The position numbers and the translations under genes are program-made. Positions 51,180 to 60,048 of a stretch of 64,000 nucleotides of DNA are shown piece after piece. The stretch spans positions 234,814 to 298,813 of the forward strand of contig CAWGXL010000010.1 in assembly GCA_963826535.1 (NCBI GenBank), written 5' to 3'. The notes beneath the pieces were generated by a model. That model did no database searches, was not told where the DNA came from, and saw only the letters and a program-made list of their open reading frames with translations. Positions within the stretch are counted from its first letter, which is position 1, and every line of letters starts with the position of its first letter. This DNA comes from an uncultured bacterium. GTDB lineage: Bacteria; Patescibacteriota; Microgenomatia; Levybacterales; UBA12049.

Positions 51180-52076
51180 TTACATCGACCTTAAAGCCTT
51201 TATCCTTTCCTCAATAGGCGGGTGTGTACTGAAAAAACCAGTAAACCATCCCTGAAAACCTTTGTTCTTGAAAGGATTTACAATAAAGAGATGCGCAGTA
51301 GCGCTCGTTGCAGTTAGAACCGGCCTTGGATCTGATGCGATTTTCTCCAATGCATTGGCCAATGCTTCTGGATATCTTGTCAAGAGAGCGCCTGAGGCAT
51401 CAGCCAAATATTCACGCTTGCGGGAAATTGCTAGTTGAATAAGAGTAGCAACCACTGGTGCCAAAAATGCAAATATTAAACCCATAATCAGAAATAAACC
51501 GGTAGCTCTTTTATCCCTGCTCTCATTTCTAATTCCTCCCCAAAGTAACCCCCGCATAAATATGTCTGCGATTAAAGCAATAAAGCCAACAAGTAAAGCT
51601 GCTATAGCCATAAGCCTGATGTCATAATTTTTAACATGCGAAAGTTCATGAGCCAGAACACCTTCTAGTTCGCTTTTATTTAGTCGTTCAAGTAATCCGG
51701 CCGATACCGCGACGCTTGCATGTTTAGGGTCACGGCCGGTCGCGAATGCATTAGGTGACGGATCATTAATAATATACAGTTTTGGCATTGGTGTGCCGGA
51801 TGCAATGGTCAAATTTTCGACTATTCTATATAATTCAGGATTATCTTTTTTTTCAATAGGCTTAGCGCCTGATGTAGATAGTACAACCTGATCTGCATAA
51901 TAGTAGCTGCCAATACTGGATGTAATTGAGATAATTAAAATAATAATTGTAAACGCAAGTCCATAACCTGTAACTTCACCTATAACATAACCAACTGCGA
52001 CGGCAAAAACGACAAATAAAAACATTATTATCCAGCTTTTCCAGATATTTTGTGATATTTGAGAATAAATCTTCAT
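51180..52076 (-). CDS. htpX: M48 zinc metalloprotease HtpX
   Basis: PNAFATG, AHELSH, SRKREYLAD, STHPP. Confidence 0.95.
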   Translation of the reverse strand: MKIYSQISQNIWKSWIIMFLFVVFAVAVGYVIGEVTGYGLAFTIIILIISITSSIGSYYYADQVVLSTSGAKPIEKKDNPELYRIVENLTIASGTPMPKLYIINDPSPNAFATGRDPKHASVAVSAGLLERLNKSELEGVLAHELSHVKNYDIRLMAIAALLVGFIALIADIFMRGLLWGGIRNESRDKRATGLFLIMGLIFAFLAPVVATLIQLAISRKREYLADASGALLTRYPEALANALEKIASDPRPVLTATSATAHLFIVNPFKNKGFQGWFTGFFSTHPPIEERIKALRSM

Positions 52077-52083
52077 TTGCCTT

Positions 52084-52635
52084 TTAGAATTTAACCTTCA
52101 CTGGCTTTTTATCTTCTTCACCAGTCTCGAAATATTCTGCAGGTTTAAAATTAAGCAGATTAGCAAATAACACATTTGGAAAAATCTGAATCTTTGTATT
52201 ATAGTCCAGTACGTTACTGTTATAAAATTGGCGCGAATATGCTATTTTATTCTCAGTATCCGAAAGTTCTTCCTGTAAAGATAGAAAGTTTTGACTGGCT
52301 TTCAAATCAGGATAATTCTCTGCAACTGCAAAAAGTGACTTTAAAGTATCTGTTAACATATTATTCGCAACTGCTTTTTCTTGCGCTGATGATGCGGACA
52401 TAAGATTTGCCCTCGCCTTTGTTACATTCTCAAGCAATGTTTTCTCATGTTTTGTGTATCCTTTTACAGCCTCAACAAGATTAGGAATAAGATCCGTTCT
52501 TCGCTTCAGTTGTACATCGATCTGAGACAAAGCTTCAGCAATTCGAGCTTTTGCAGTTACTAGACTGTTATATACAACCCACAAATAAATAAGTATACCT
52601 GCAAATATTATTACCGGAATCCATGTCATATCCAT
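52084..52635 (-). CDS. lemA: LemA family protein
   Basis: [25 protein letters not shown]; SD GGGGGTGA. Confidence 0.95.
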   Translation of the reverse strand: MDMTWIPVIIFAGILIYLWVVYNSLVTAKARIAEALSQIDVQLKRRTDLIPNLVEAVKGYTKHEKTLLENVTKARANLMSASSAQEKAVANNMLTDTLKSLFAVAENYPDLKASQNFLSLQEELSDTENKIAYSRQFYNSNVLDYNTKIQIFPNVLFANLLNFKPAEYFETGEEDKKPVKVKF

Positions 52636-52642
52636 AAATTTA

Positions 52643-52784
52643 TCACCCCCTTTAGAGACACTTAGCGAATGTAATGAGTTTAGTGTCTCTTAAGTCCGCC
52701 GCTCAAGCGCTCTTCAAGCCGTGTACTCCTGTCCGCCTTTGGCGGGAATAGTACTGAAAGGGCTTGAAGTAAGCTTAGGCGGAC
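52643..52784 (+). repeat. Composite SD + family C hairpin + family B hairpin, copy 2, with nested 19 bp insert
   Basis: Colinear with 38819-38954; insert cctgtccgcctttggcggg at 52728-52746. Confidence 0.88.
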
Positions 52785-52790
52785 CTAATA

Positions 52791-54563
52791 TTAACTCTTA
52801 AACCACTCTTTAACTTCATTATACGACTTTGCATTTAAAATGTCATTGCAAGTTGCCCAACCGCGTCGTGCAACAGAAACTCCAAATTCCATCATTGTCA
52901 TTTGCTGGACAGCATGGCTATCTGTGTCAATCACAAGAGTTACCCCTATCTTTACAGCTTGACGGACAATAGAATCAGGAAGATCGAGTCGCAGCGGCCA
53001 TGCATTTATTTCCAAAGCTTTATTATTCAATTTACAAAAATCAAAAATTTGTTCCCAATCTAAATCATAACCCGGTCTTTGATTAAGTAATCTTCCGGTG
53101 GGGTGCGCAAGTATTTTCGCTTTAGGGTTCGACAAGCCCTTAAGAACTCGTTTAGTCATTGCTTGTTTATCCATATCAAACGCACTATGAACAGAAATTA
53201 TTGCACCATCGAGTAAATCAAGACTTTTTTGATCTAATGCTAGTTCGCCCTTAGGTAGGATATCTATCTCGAGCAAAGAAAAGATATGGATAACTTTATT
53301 ATACTTTATTTTTAACCGTTCAATAAATTTACTCCTCTCTTTCATTATCTTGTAGCATTGATCCGAATTGTGCCTGGAAATACTCGGGTTATGTTCTGAA
53401 AATCCTAAATAGTTATATTTTAATGCTTTTGCTTTTATAATCATCTCATCCATTGAACTTTGTCCCATATCATGACTCGGTTCAATTGGATAAGAAGAAT
53501 GCAAATGAAAATCACCCTTTATGTCTTTTAGTTCAACAAGTATTGGCAAATTATTTTTTAATGCCAACGCAATTTCCCCTGTATCTTCACGCATTTCAGG
53601 TGGTATCCAGGAAAGTCCTAGTGCGTCATAGAATTTTTCTTCTGTTGCATATAGTTTTGCTTTATCATTGCCTTCGCCTTTTTTCCTAATGCCATACTCT
53701 GACAATGAGAGTCCATTAGAGAGGGCATGCTCGCGTAAATGAATATTATGAGCTTTGCTCCCTGTAAAATGCTGCAGAAGAGCTCCAAATCCTTCCGGAG
53801 GGGCAACCATAAGATCAATTTGCCTGTTTGATGAGACCAATATAGAAGTTGACTTTTCACCCCGCTCAATAATCCTATCAATACCGGGATATTTTGCAAA
53901 GTGATCCATGACTTTCTCTGGTTGATTAGTAGCAACAGCAATATCAATATCCCCTATTGTAGACAATCTTCTTCGCATGCTACCCAAAGGGTAAGCTTTT
54001 AATACTGCCTTAGATTTCAACAAATAAGCGACAATATTTTCTGCCAATTCATTAGCATAGGGAAGGACCATACGGACCGTCTTCGTTTTTCCAAGCCAAT
54101 ACTCTTGTATCGCCTGGAGAATATCTTGTTGAGATTTTTCGCCAAACCCCGCAAGACTTGCAATTTTTCCTGCCTGTGCGATTTTTGCAAGATCAGATAT
54201 AACGCTTTCCGGATTTGATAATTTAAATTCAGATACAAGTTTGAAAGCCTTTTTAGGACCAAAACTCGGGACATCTAGGAGTGGAAAGACTGCTCTGGGT
54301 ATGTCTCTCAAAACTTGCTCAAAATGTTTGACATTACCTTTAGTAAATATTTCCTCAAGATGAGATTTTATCGACGGTCCGATGCCGGATAGTGAATCTA
54401 TTTTATTTTCCCGGAATAAATCACGTAATTCAGTGACGCTATGATCTATTGTATCTGCGGCTTTTTGATAAGCAATGATTTGAAAGCGATATTTTTTTTC
54501 GTCTTTTATACTGTAAGCAGCCGCCACATTTCTTAAAATCCGACTTATTTCCGAGTTTGTCAC
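52791..54563 (-). CDS. polX: DNA polymerase X family with PHP domain
   Basis: GSMRR..TIGDID, HFTGSKAHN, GDFHLHS, AHPTGR, DTDSH; GTG start. Confidence 0.93.
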   Translation of the reverse strand: MTNSEISRILRNVAAAYSIKDEKKYRFQIIAYQKAADTIDHSVTELRDLFRENKIDSLSGIGPSIKSHLEEIFTKGNVKHFEQVLRDIPRAVFPLLDVPSFGPKKAFKLVSEFKLSNPESVISDLAKIAQAGKIASLAGFGEKSQQDILQAIQEYWLGKTKTVRMVLPYANELAENIVAYLLKSKAVLKAYPLGSMRRRLSTIGDIDIAVATNQPEKVMDHFAKYPGIDRIIERGEKSTSILVSSNRQIDLMVAPPEGFGALLQHFTGSKAHNIHLREHALSNGLSLSEYGIRKKGEGNDKAKLYATEEKFYDALGLSWIPPEMREDTGEIALALKNNLPILVELKDIKGDFHLHSSYPIEPSHDMGQSSMDEMIIKAKALKYNYLGFSEHNPSISRHNSDQCYKIMKERSKFIERLKIKYNKVIHIFSLLEIDILPKGELALDQKSLDLLDGAIISVHSAFDMDKQAMTKRVLKGLSNPKAKILAHPTGRLLNQRPGYDLDWEQIFDFCKLNNKALEINAWPLRLDLPDSIVRQAVKIGVTLVIDTDSHAVQQMTMMEFGVSVARRGWATCNDILNAKSYNEVKEWFKS

Positions 54564-54583
54564 AAAAACAGTGTACCAAAGGA

Positions 54584-54612
54584 TTGACGCGCTAGCAAGA
54601 TTCGTTTAAAAT
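54584..54612 (+). promoter_or_regulatory. Sigma70 promoter for tRNA-Asp
   Basis: TTGACG-17 bp-TAAAAT. Confidence 0.7.
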
Positions 54613-54650
54613 ACAATTTGACTCAGAGCCAAGCACAAAGAAATGTTGAA

Positions 54651-54692
54651 TTCTTAGTTCTTAGTTCTTAGTTCTTAGTTCTTAGTTCTCAG
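54651..54692 (+). repeat. Heptamer tandem repeat (TTCTTAG)x5 + TTCTCAG
   Basis: Read directly from the sequence. Confidence 0.97.
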
Positions 54693-54708
54693 CTGCGCTC
54701 TGCGCACT

Positions 54709-54782
54709 GGGGTGGTAGCTCAGTTGGTTAGAGCGCTTCCCTGTCACGGAAGAGGTCGCGGGTTCGAGCCCCGTTCACCCCG
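54709..54782 (+). tRNA. tRNA-Asp(GTC)
   Basis: Acceptor GGGGTGG/TCACCCC; CTTCC-CTGTCAC-GGAAG; GGTTCGAG; no encoded CCA. Confidence 0.95.
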
Positions 54783-54958
54783 CAACGTAAAACATTATAA
54801 AAATTATTATAAGTTGCTTTTTTAAAAAAAACCTGTATAATAACAAAACTGGAATATCAACATCTCTTTTTTTAACTATTTAATTTAATCATTAGTCATC
54901 ATTGATCAAGTTGATTTTTTCCTAAATCCCTTTGCCCAGAAAGGATGTGACATAATAA

Positions 54959-55786
54959 ATGCCAAAAAGCGCACCGATAAAATCAAGATTTAAGCCAATG
55001 AAAACTGAACAATCAACAAGACAGACAGAACAAAAAAACGGAATCTGGGATATTTTTAAATTCGGTGAATCATACACGAGTTTAATTTTAGGTATAATTG
55101 TAGTTGTTGTAGCGACAGTAATTCTTCTCACTTTTGTAAGAGGCAGAAATGATACAACTAAATTATCTGAAGCAAACCAACAAGCAGCAGTAGTACAAAC
55201 ACAACAGATAGAAAAAAATAAGGTCACACCTAAAGTAACACAAAATGTATCCAATGTTGATCAAATAAAACCAACAGAAATTCCAGCTAAGCCAACTTTA
55301 AAAGCAAATAATAAAATAGTAGTCAAGCCAACTGAGTCAAATAATAAGCAAAAAATTGCTATTAACAGCCTTAATAATCAAACAATACCTGGTACTAATT
55401 ATTCTGTTAAAGCTGGAGATACACTTTGGAATATTGCAGAAAGAAAATATAAGAGTGGTTATAATTGGGTAGATATTCAAAACGCAAATAAGCTTGCAAA
55501 CGCAAACTTGTTACAAGTAGGTACGAAATTAACTCTTCCGGATGTGAAAGCAAAGATTTCTACCGTGGTAGAGCCAAATAAACCTATTACACAAGCCAAA
55601 AGCGCAATAGAATCAAATAAAATTGCTGGAAATAGTTATACAATAATTAAGGGAGATACTTTGTGGGATATAGCAATACGAGCGTATGGAGACGGATTTT
55701 CATGGTCAAAGATTGCCAATGCCAATAAATTATCCAATCCTAATATCATTCACTCAGGTAATAAAATCAATATCCCGCGAGTATAA
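54959..55786 (+). CDS. Membrane-anchored protein with two LysM domains
   Basis: YSVKAGDTLWNIA and YTIIKGDTLWDIA; N-terminal TM. Confidence 0.92.
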   Translation: MPKSAPIKSRFKPMKTEQSTRQTEQKNGIWDIFKFGESYTSLILGIIVVVVATVILLTFVRGRNDTTKLSEANQQAAVVQTQQIEKNKVTPKVTQNVSNVDQIKPTEIPAKPTLKANNKIVVKPTESNNKQKIAINSLNNQTIPGTNYSVKAGDTLWNIAERKYKSGYNWVDIQNANKLANANLLQVGTKLTLPDVKAKISTVVEPNKPITQAKSAIESNKIAGNSYTIIKGDTLWDIAIRAYGDGFSWSKIANANKLSNPNIIHSGNKINIPRV

Positions 55787-55857
55787 ATAATTTACCCGGA
55801 ATTTTATTTGCATCCAGAAGCCAGTTGTACTAATCTAGTATTAGAGAACTAAAACCT

Positions 55858-55928
55858 GCGGGGTTAGTACACCGGTAGTATGCCACCTTCCCAAGGTGGA
55901 GAAGCGAGTCCGATTCTCGTACCCCGCT
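55858..55928 (+). tRNA. tRNA-Gly(CCC)
   Basis: Acceptor GCGGGGT/ACCCCGC; CCACC-TTCCCAA-GGTGG; T loop TCCGATT; no encoded CCA. Confidence 0.9.
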
Positions 55929-56187
55929 CACGTGCCTAATTAAGTGGATAATCATCTGAACCCCGAACTCTCGAGGTTAAGATTACAATTTATATTACTC
56001 GTGTTTAACTCCCTTTGTAAGATTGAAGTGTAAGTAAGTCTCATTTGACCTTTAATATTTTGTATTAAGAAACTCAGTCAATTTATATAAATAATAAAAT
56101 TTAAATGTCATCCAAGAGCAAAGACTATGTTCTATTTTCTTACTCATTTATTACGTTTTTCTAAAAACTTCATCCTAAGCTTATCGT

Positions 56188-56565
56188 ATGGAAACTAAAT
56201 TGAAATTTGCCTCATTTATCGCAAATCTACTCGACAACCAATTTGAATTATACGGCCGCCGCTTTGGTTTAAATGGAGTTTTGGGTATCATTCCGGGTGT
56301 TGGAGACATCATCCCCACTATTCTTTCACTTTATCTAATTAGAGTCGCTGTTCAAATGAGATTGCCGACTATAAAGATCGTGCAAATGCTTTGGAACGTT
56401 ATTTTTAATTTTCTAATCGGGTTACTTCCCGTGGTAGGTGATTATATTGATCTCTTCAATCACGCTAATCTTAAAAACCTCGCGATTCTAAAAGAATACT
56501 CAAAAAATCCCATTATCGAAGGTAAAATTGTGGAGGAAAATAGTGAATCGCCTCGTGTTGAATAA
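56188..56565 (+). CDS. DUF4112 family membrane protein
   Basis: LLDNQF...RFGL..LGIIPGVGD, GLLPVVGD..D...AN.KN. Confidence 0.85.
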   Translation: METKLKFASFIANLLDNQFELYGRRFGLNGVLGIIPGVGDIIPTILSLYLIRVAVQMRLPTIKIVQMLWNVIFNFLIGLLPVVGDYIDLFNHANLKNLAILKEYSKNPIIEGKIVEENSESPRVE

Positions 56566-58620
56566 TTATTTTAATAAGCTCATTAATAATTCTAAAATCT
56601 TTAGAATGAGATTTAGTATTTGTTTTATTAAGCCATCTTTAGATTGTCCACCACCAGGTGCTTTAGTTTTTTTATCACCAGTCGCCCCGGGTTCGGTAGG
56701 GGAAATGGCAGGAGAAAGCTGAGGACTTTGGTTTGAAGTTGGAACAATAGTAAGTTGGTTATTTGTACCTGAAGGCACTGTTGAAGGACCACCTGGAGCG
56801 CTAATTGGCAAACCTGTTGTTGGACATGCTCCCAAACACTTATCTGGTGGCGCTACTGATGTCTCACTGTATTCTGCAGTATAGGTTGTGTTTGATTTTG
56901 GTGTAAATACAGTATGCGAAGCTTTCCCGGTATCGGACCAGGATACGAATAGATAATTCTTACTATTAAAAGTTTGGGTTGTTGGCGCTCCTATTTCTCT
57001 TTGAAATCCAACTACACCCGTTATAGTAAACGGTGTTTTTTTCGGTTGTCCATCAATAGTTAATTCAAGACCTGCAGGATTTGAAGTAAATTCCATTGTC
57101 GCATTATTAGGTAAGACATCCTGAGTCACTTCATTTGATTGACCTTTAGAGTTCTTAACTGAAAGATAGATGCGGTATTTAATATTTGCATCCGTTTCAC
57201 CTACTTTTCCGGTCAGAAACGACCCGCTTTTTTTGCCCATCACGGCATCAAGAAATGGATGAGTATGCTCGTCGTTATGTACTGTTTCAATCTTCCAACT
57301 AAACGCACTCTCGGGTAGAGCATCTTCTATCATATCTGTAGCAATCCCTTCATATTCAATCGTGTCCCCGGCACTATATAAAGTACCTGCTGTGGGCTTT
57401 ACGATGGTTATTGATATCGTAGGATTATTATTGCCCCCTTGTCCTTGTGTGGGATTAGCTGGTGCTGAAGGATTCGCACCGTTCCCATATTGTATCCGGT
57501 AAATTAGTCCTCCGTGATAAGAAAGATAATAGAGTTGTCCTTCGGCGCCCATTCGTATGTCAACCGGATTCTTCAAGCCTGTAACAAAAGTAGTGACTTT
57601 GTTATCGCTCGGATTTAATTGCTTTATCCAGTTCGCAGTATAATCTGAGAAAAAGTAGCTTCCTTGATATTCGCTTGGATAGGATGTGCCTGTATAAAAT
57701 GCGCCGCCTGTAATTGCCTTCCCAACATCGTGTTTATACGCATGAATAGGATTGATAAATCCTCGATCACATGTCCCTTCACAGGTCGGCCAGCCATAAT
57801 TCCCACCTTTCTGTAGATCATTAACTTCTTCCCAAGTGCTGGCGCCGACATCATTGACAAATATTTTCCCGCTACTTGGATTAACTGCAAAAGTAAAAGG
57901 ATTACGAAATCCAAGTGCCCAAATCGATTGATTAATACCACTTGCCGTCTGATAAAACGGATTATCCGTCGGAATAGTGCCATCCTTATTAATTCTAAGT
58001 ATTTTACCTGCAATGGTTGTCATTGACTGGGCATTCGAAGAAGTATGACTTTCTCCAATGGCGATATAAAGTTTGCCATCTGTACCGAAATGAATAGCTC
58101 CACCATTATGATATCCTGCCGAAGATGGAATATTATCAAGAACGACTGTCTCACTACCAGCTGCCGCCACATCAGGATTGGCACTGTCTGCGGTATATCT
58201 GATGACTCTATTTACTGATCTGCTATCATCTGTATAATAAACATAAAGAAATTTATTTGAGGCAAAATCAGGATCAACAGTGATACCAAGAAGGCCCCGC
58301 TCTCCATCGGTTTTAACCGGTACCGTGAGAAATGGCTGAGGTAGTAGGGTATTGTTTTTGACAACCCGGAGCTTTCCTCCCTTTTCTGCGACAAACAGTC
58401 TCCCGTCAGGTGCAAATTCCATAGCTGTAGGTTGGGTCAACCCACTAGCTACCTTAATTTCCTGAAATCCCGTAGGATAACTCTGAGCACGTGTTGAAAC
58501 GCTTTGTTGTTTCTGTCCGTTCTGTAAAACCACTATAGTTCCTGCGACCAAAACAATGAGGATTATAACTATTGATAAAAAGCTAATTACCTGTTTACGT
58601 CGTGTATTATTACTTACCAT
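56566..58620 (-). CDS. Membrane-anchored PQQ-dependent sugar dehydrogenase (GSDH beta-propeller) with C-terminal beta domains
   Basis: GERGLLG, HNGG.I.FG.DGKLY, GKILRIN, GFRNPF, GGNYGWP. Confidence 0.88.
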   Translation of the reverse strand: MVSNNTRRKQVISFLSIVIILIVLVAGTIVVLQNGQKQQSVSTRAQSYPTGFQEIKVASGLTQPTAMEFAPDGRLFVAEKGGKLRVVKNNTLLPQPFLTVPVKTDGERGLLGITVDPDFASNKFLYVYYTDDSRSVNRVIRYTADSANPDVAAAGSETVVLDNIPSSAGYHNGGAIHFGTDGKLYIAIGESHTSSNAQSMTTIAGKILRINKDGTIPTDNPFYQTASGINQSIWALGFRNPFTFAVNPSSGKIFVNDVGASTWEEVNDLQKGGNYGWPTCEGTCDRGFINPIHAYKHDVGKAITGGAFYTGTSYPSEYQGSYFFSDYTANWIKQLNPSDNKVTTFVTGLKNPVDIRMGAEGQLYYLSYHGGLIYRIQYGNGANPSAPANPTQGQGGNNNPTISITIVKPTAGTLYSAGDTIEYEGIATDMIEDALPESAFSWKIETVHNDEHTHPFLDAVMGKKSGSFLTGKVGETDANIKYRIYLSVKNSKGQSNEVTQDVLPNNATMEFTSNPAGLELTIDGQPKKTPFTITGVVGFQREIGAPTTQTFNSKNYLFVSWSDTGKASHTVFTPKSNTTYTAEYSETSVAPPDKCLGACPTTGLPISAPGGPSTVPSGTNNQLTIVPTSNQSPQLSPAISPTEPGATGDKKTKAPGGGQSKDGLIKQILNLILKILELLMSLLK

Positions 58621-58621
58621 T

Positions 58622-59020
58622 TTATACTACTTTTTTATTTTGATTTCTTTGAAAAAATATCCTTTTAATTGATTTTTTTTGCTTACCTCCTTTTTCACTT
58701 ACAGGTTTTTCTTCTGGTTGATTTTTTGGACGCACTTCTAAAGTATCTTTTTCAGCACTATAATCTGCGGCTAAAAAGCGGATTTCTTTTTTTACTTCTT
58801 CAGGCTTAGGTTTTACATAGTCATTTTCTACATCTGACTTTTGTTTATTTTCATCACTGGATTTATCAAGATCGGATATTTTATGTATAGCTTTATCAAT
58901 TAACTCCCTAAGTATTTCCCGCCCTTTTTTTGTAGTTAAAAGCAATGTTAGCAGCACGCCAATAAGAATTCCAAGTAAGAATCCGCTTCCTATTCCGGTA
59001 TTATTAGTTTTATTTCCCAT
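58622..59020 (-). CDS. YtxH-like protein
   Basis: GFLLGILIG....LL.TKKGRE. Confidence 0.72.
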   Translation of the reverse strand: MGNKTNNTGIGSGFLLGILIGVLLTLLLTTKKGREILRELIDKAIHKISDLDKSSDENKQKSDVENDYVKPKPEEVKKEIRFLAADYSAEKDTLEVRPKNQPEEKPVSEKGGKQKKSIKRIFFQRNQNKKVV

Positions 59021-59303
59021 GCTGCTTCTCTCCGTCTTTTTCGTGGCTTAGGAGATTTCTGACAAATTTTGCAATAGTAAGAAGCGATGATGCTTTTACA
59101 CCCAACGCGATAGTAGAAATTGCCGACAGTGGTGTTTTTACACTCTCAGTAATAGAATTTGCATTTTCCAATATTCCATTGGTTTTCGAAACTGTTTTAC
59201 GAACCTCAGAAAGAATATAAAAAACTTGAATACCCAAAATAACAAGTAGTAGGGTTAGAATAATAATAACAGTTAACAAAACAAATTGAACTAAGTCAAG
59301 CAT
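59010..59303 (-). CDS. Small membrane protein (DUF948/YoxC-like)
   Basis: N-terminal TM plus coiled coil; upstream of the YtxH-like gene. Confidence 0.65.
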   Translation of the reverse strand: MLDLVQFVLLTVIIILTLLLVILGIQVFYILSEVRKTVSKTNGILENANSITESVKTPLSAISTIALGVKASSLLTIAKFVRNLLSHEKDGEKQHGK

Positions 59304-59343
59304 AAATATAAGTTACAGCAATTATATGATTAATGTCAATCCC

Positions 59344-59976
59344 TCATTTCGCAACTAAGATATTTCTTTTCTGCACTGTCTCCTTTCCAAACCGATTTTT
59401 AGCCGTTATAGTAATAGACGTTTTACCGGGAAACAATGATAAGTTTTTAATAAATTTACCATCTGGACTAAGCGTTACTGACTCATTATTTATATAAACT
59501 GTTGCATTTGAATCTGTCTTGCCCGATACAGTTATTTCATCATTAGTTAATGCGTTTTGTTTGGGAGAGTCAATGCTTAGCATAGGCGCAAAAAACATTG
59601 CTCTGTAAGTAAATCCAAGATATCCAAGAAATAATACTAACCCTAATGTAAAGATAATAAATGACAACTGAATATGAACACGTGGTAGGCTAAAACCGCC
59701 ATTTTTAGTCAAAGTATCCGGCAAAACTTTATAATGTTTTTTCTCGTCAAAATCTCGACGAAAAAGAGCAAGTATCTCTTTTTGCGACAAGCCCAAATAT
59801 TGAGCATAGTTTCTGACAAACCCCTGTGCATAAGCTGCTGAGGGCAACTTATCATAGTCTCCTCTTTCAATAGCCGTAAGGAATACAGGGCGGATTTTAG
59901 TTGCAGCCGCTATTTCTTCAAGCGTCAACGATTTATGAACACGTGTATCATGTAGTTTTTGTCCGGCTCGAATCAT
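59344..59976 (-). CDS. RodZ-like HTH-TM-Ig protein
   Basis: GQKL...R, TKIR..FL.AIE.G.Y..LP..AY..GFVRNYA.YLGL; downstream of ftsK. Confidence 0.85.
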   Translation of the reverse strand: MIRAGQKLHDTRVHKSLTLEEIAAATKIRPVFLTAIERGDYDKLPSAAYAQGFVRNYAQYLGLSQKEILALFRRDFDEKKHYKVLPDTLTKNGGFSLPRVHIQLSFIIFTLGLVLFLGYLGFTYRAMFFAPMLSIDSPKQNALTNDEITVSGKTDSNATVYINNESVTLSPDGKFIKNLSLFPGKTSITITAKNRFGKETVQKRNILVAK

Positions 59977-60016
59977 AGGCAGAACTTTAAAGTTTAATGA
60001 CTGAAAACTAATTATT

Positions 60017-60044
60017 AATCATCAATCATCAAAGATCATTCATC
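60017..60044 (+). repeat. Degenerate heptamer tandem repeat after the ftsK stop
   Basis: aatcatc aatcatc aaagatc attcatc. Confidence 0.6.
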
Positions 60045-60048
60045 AATA

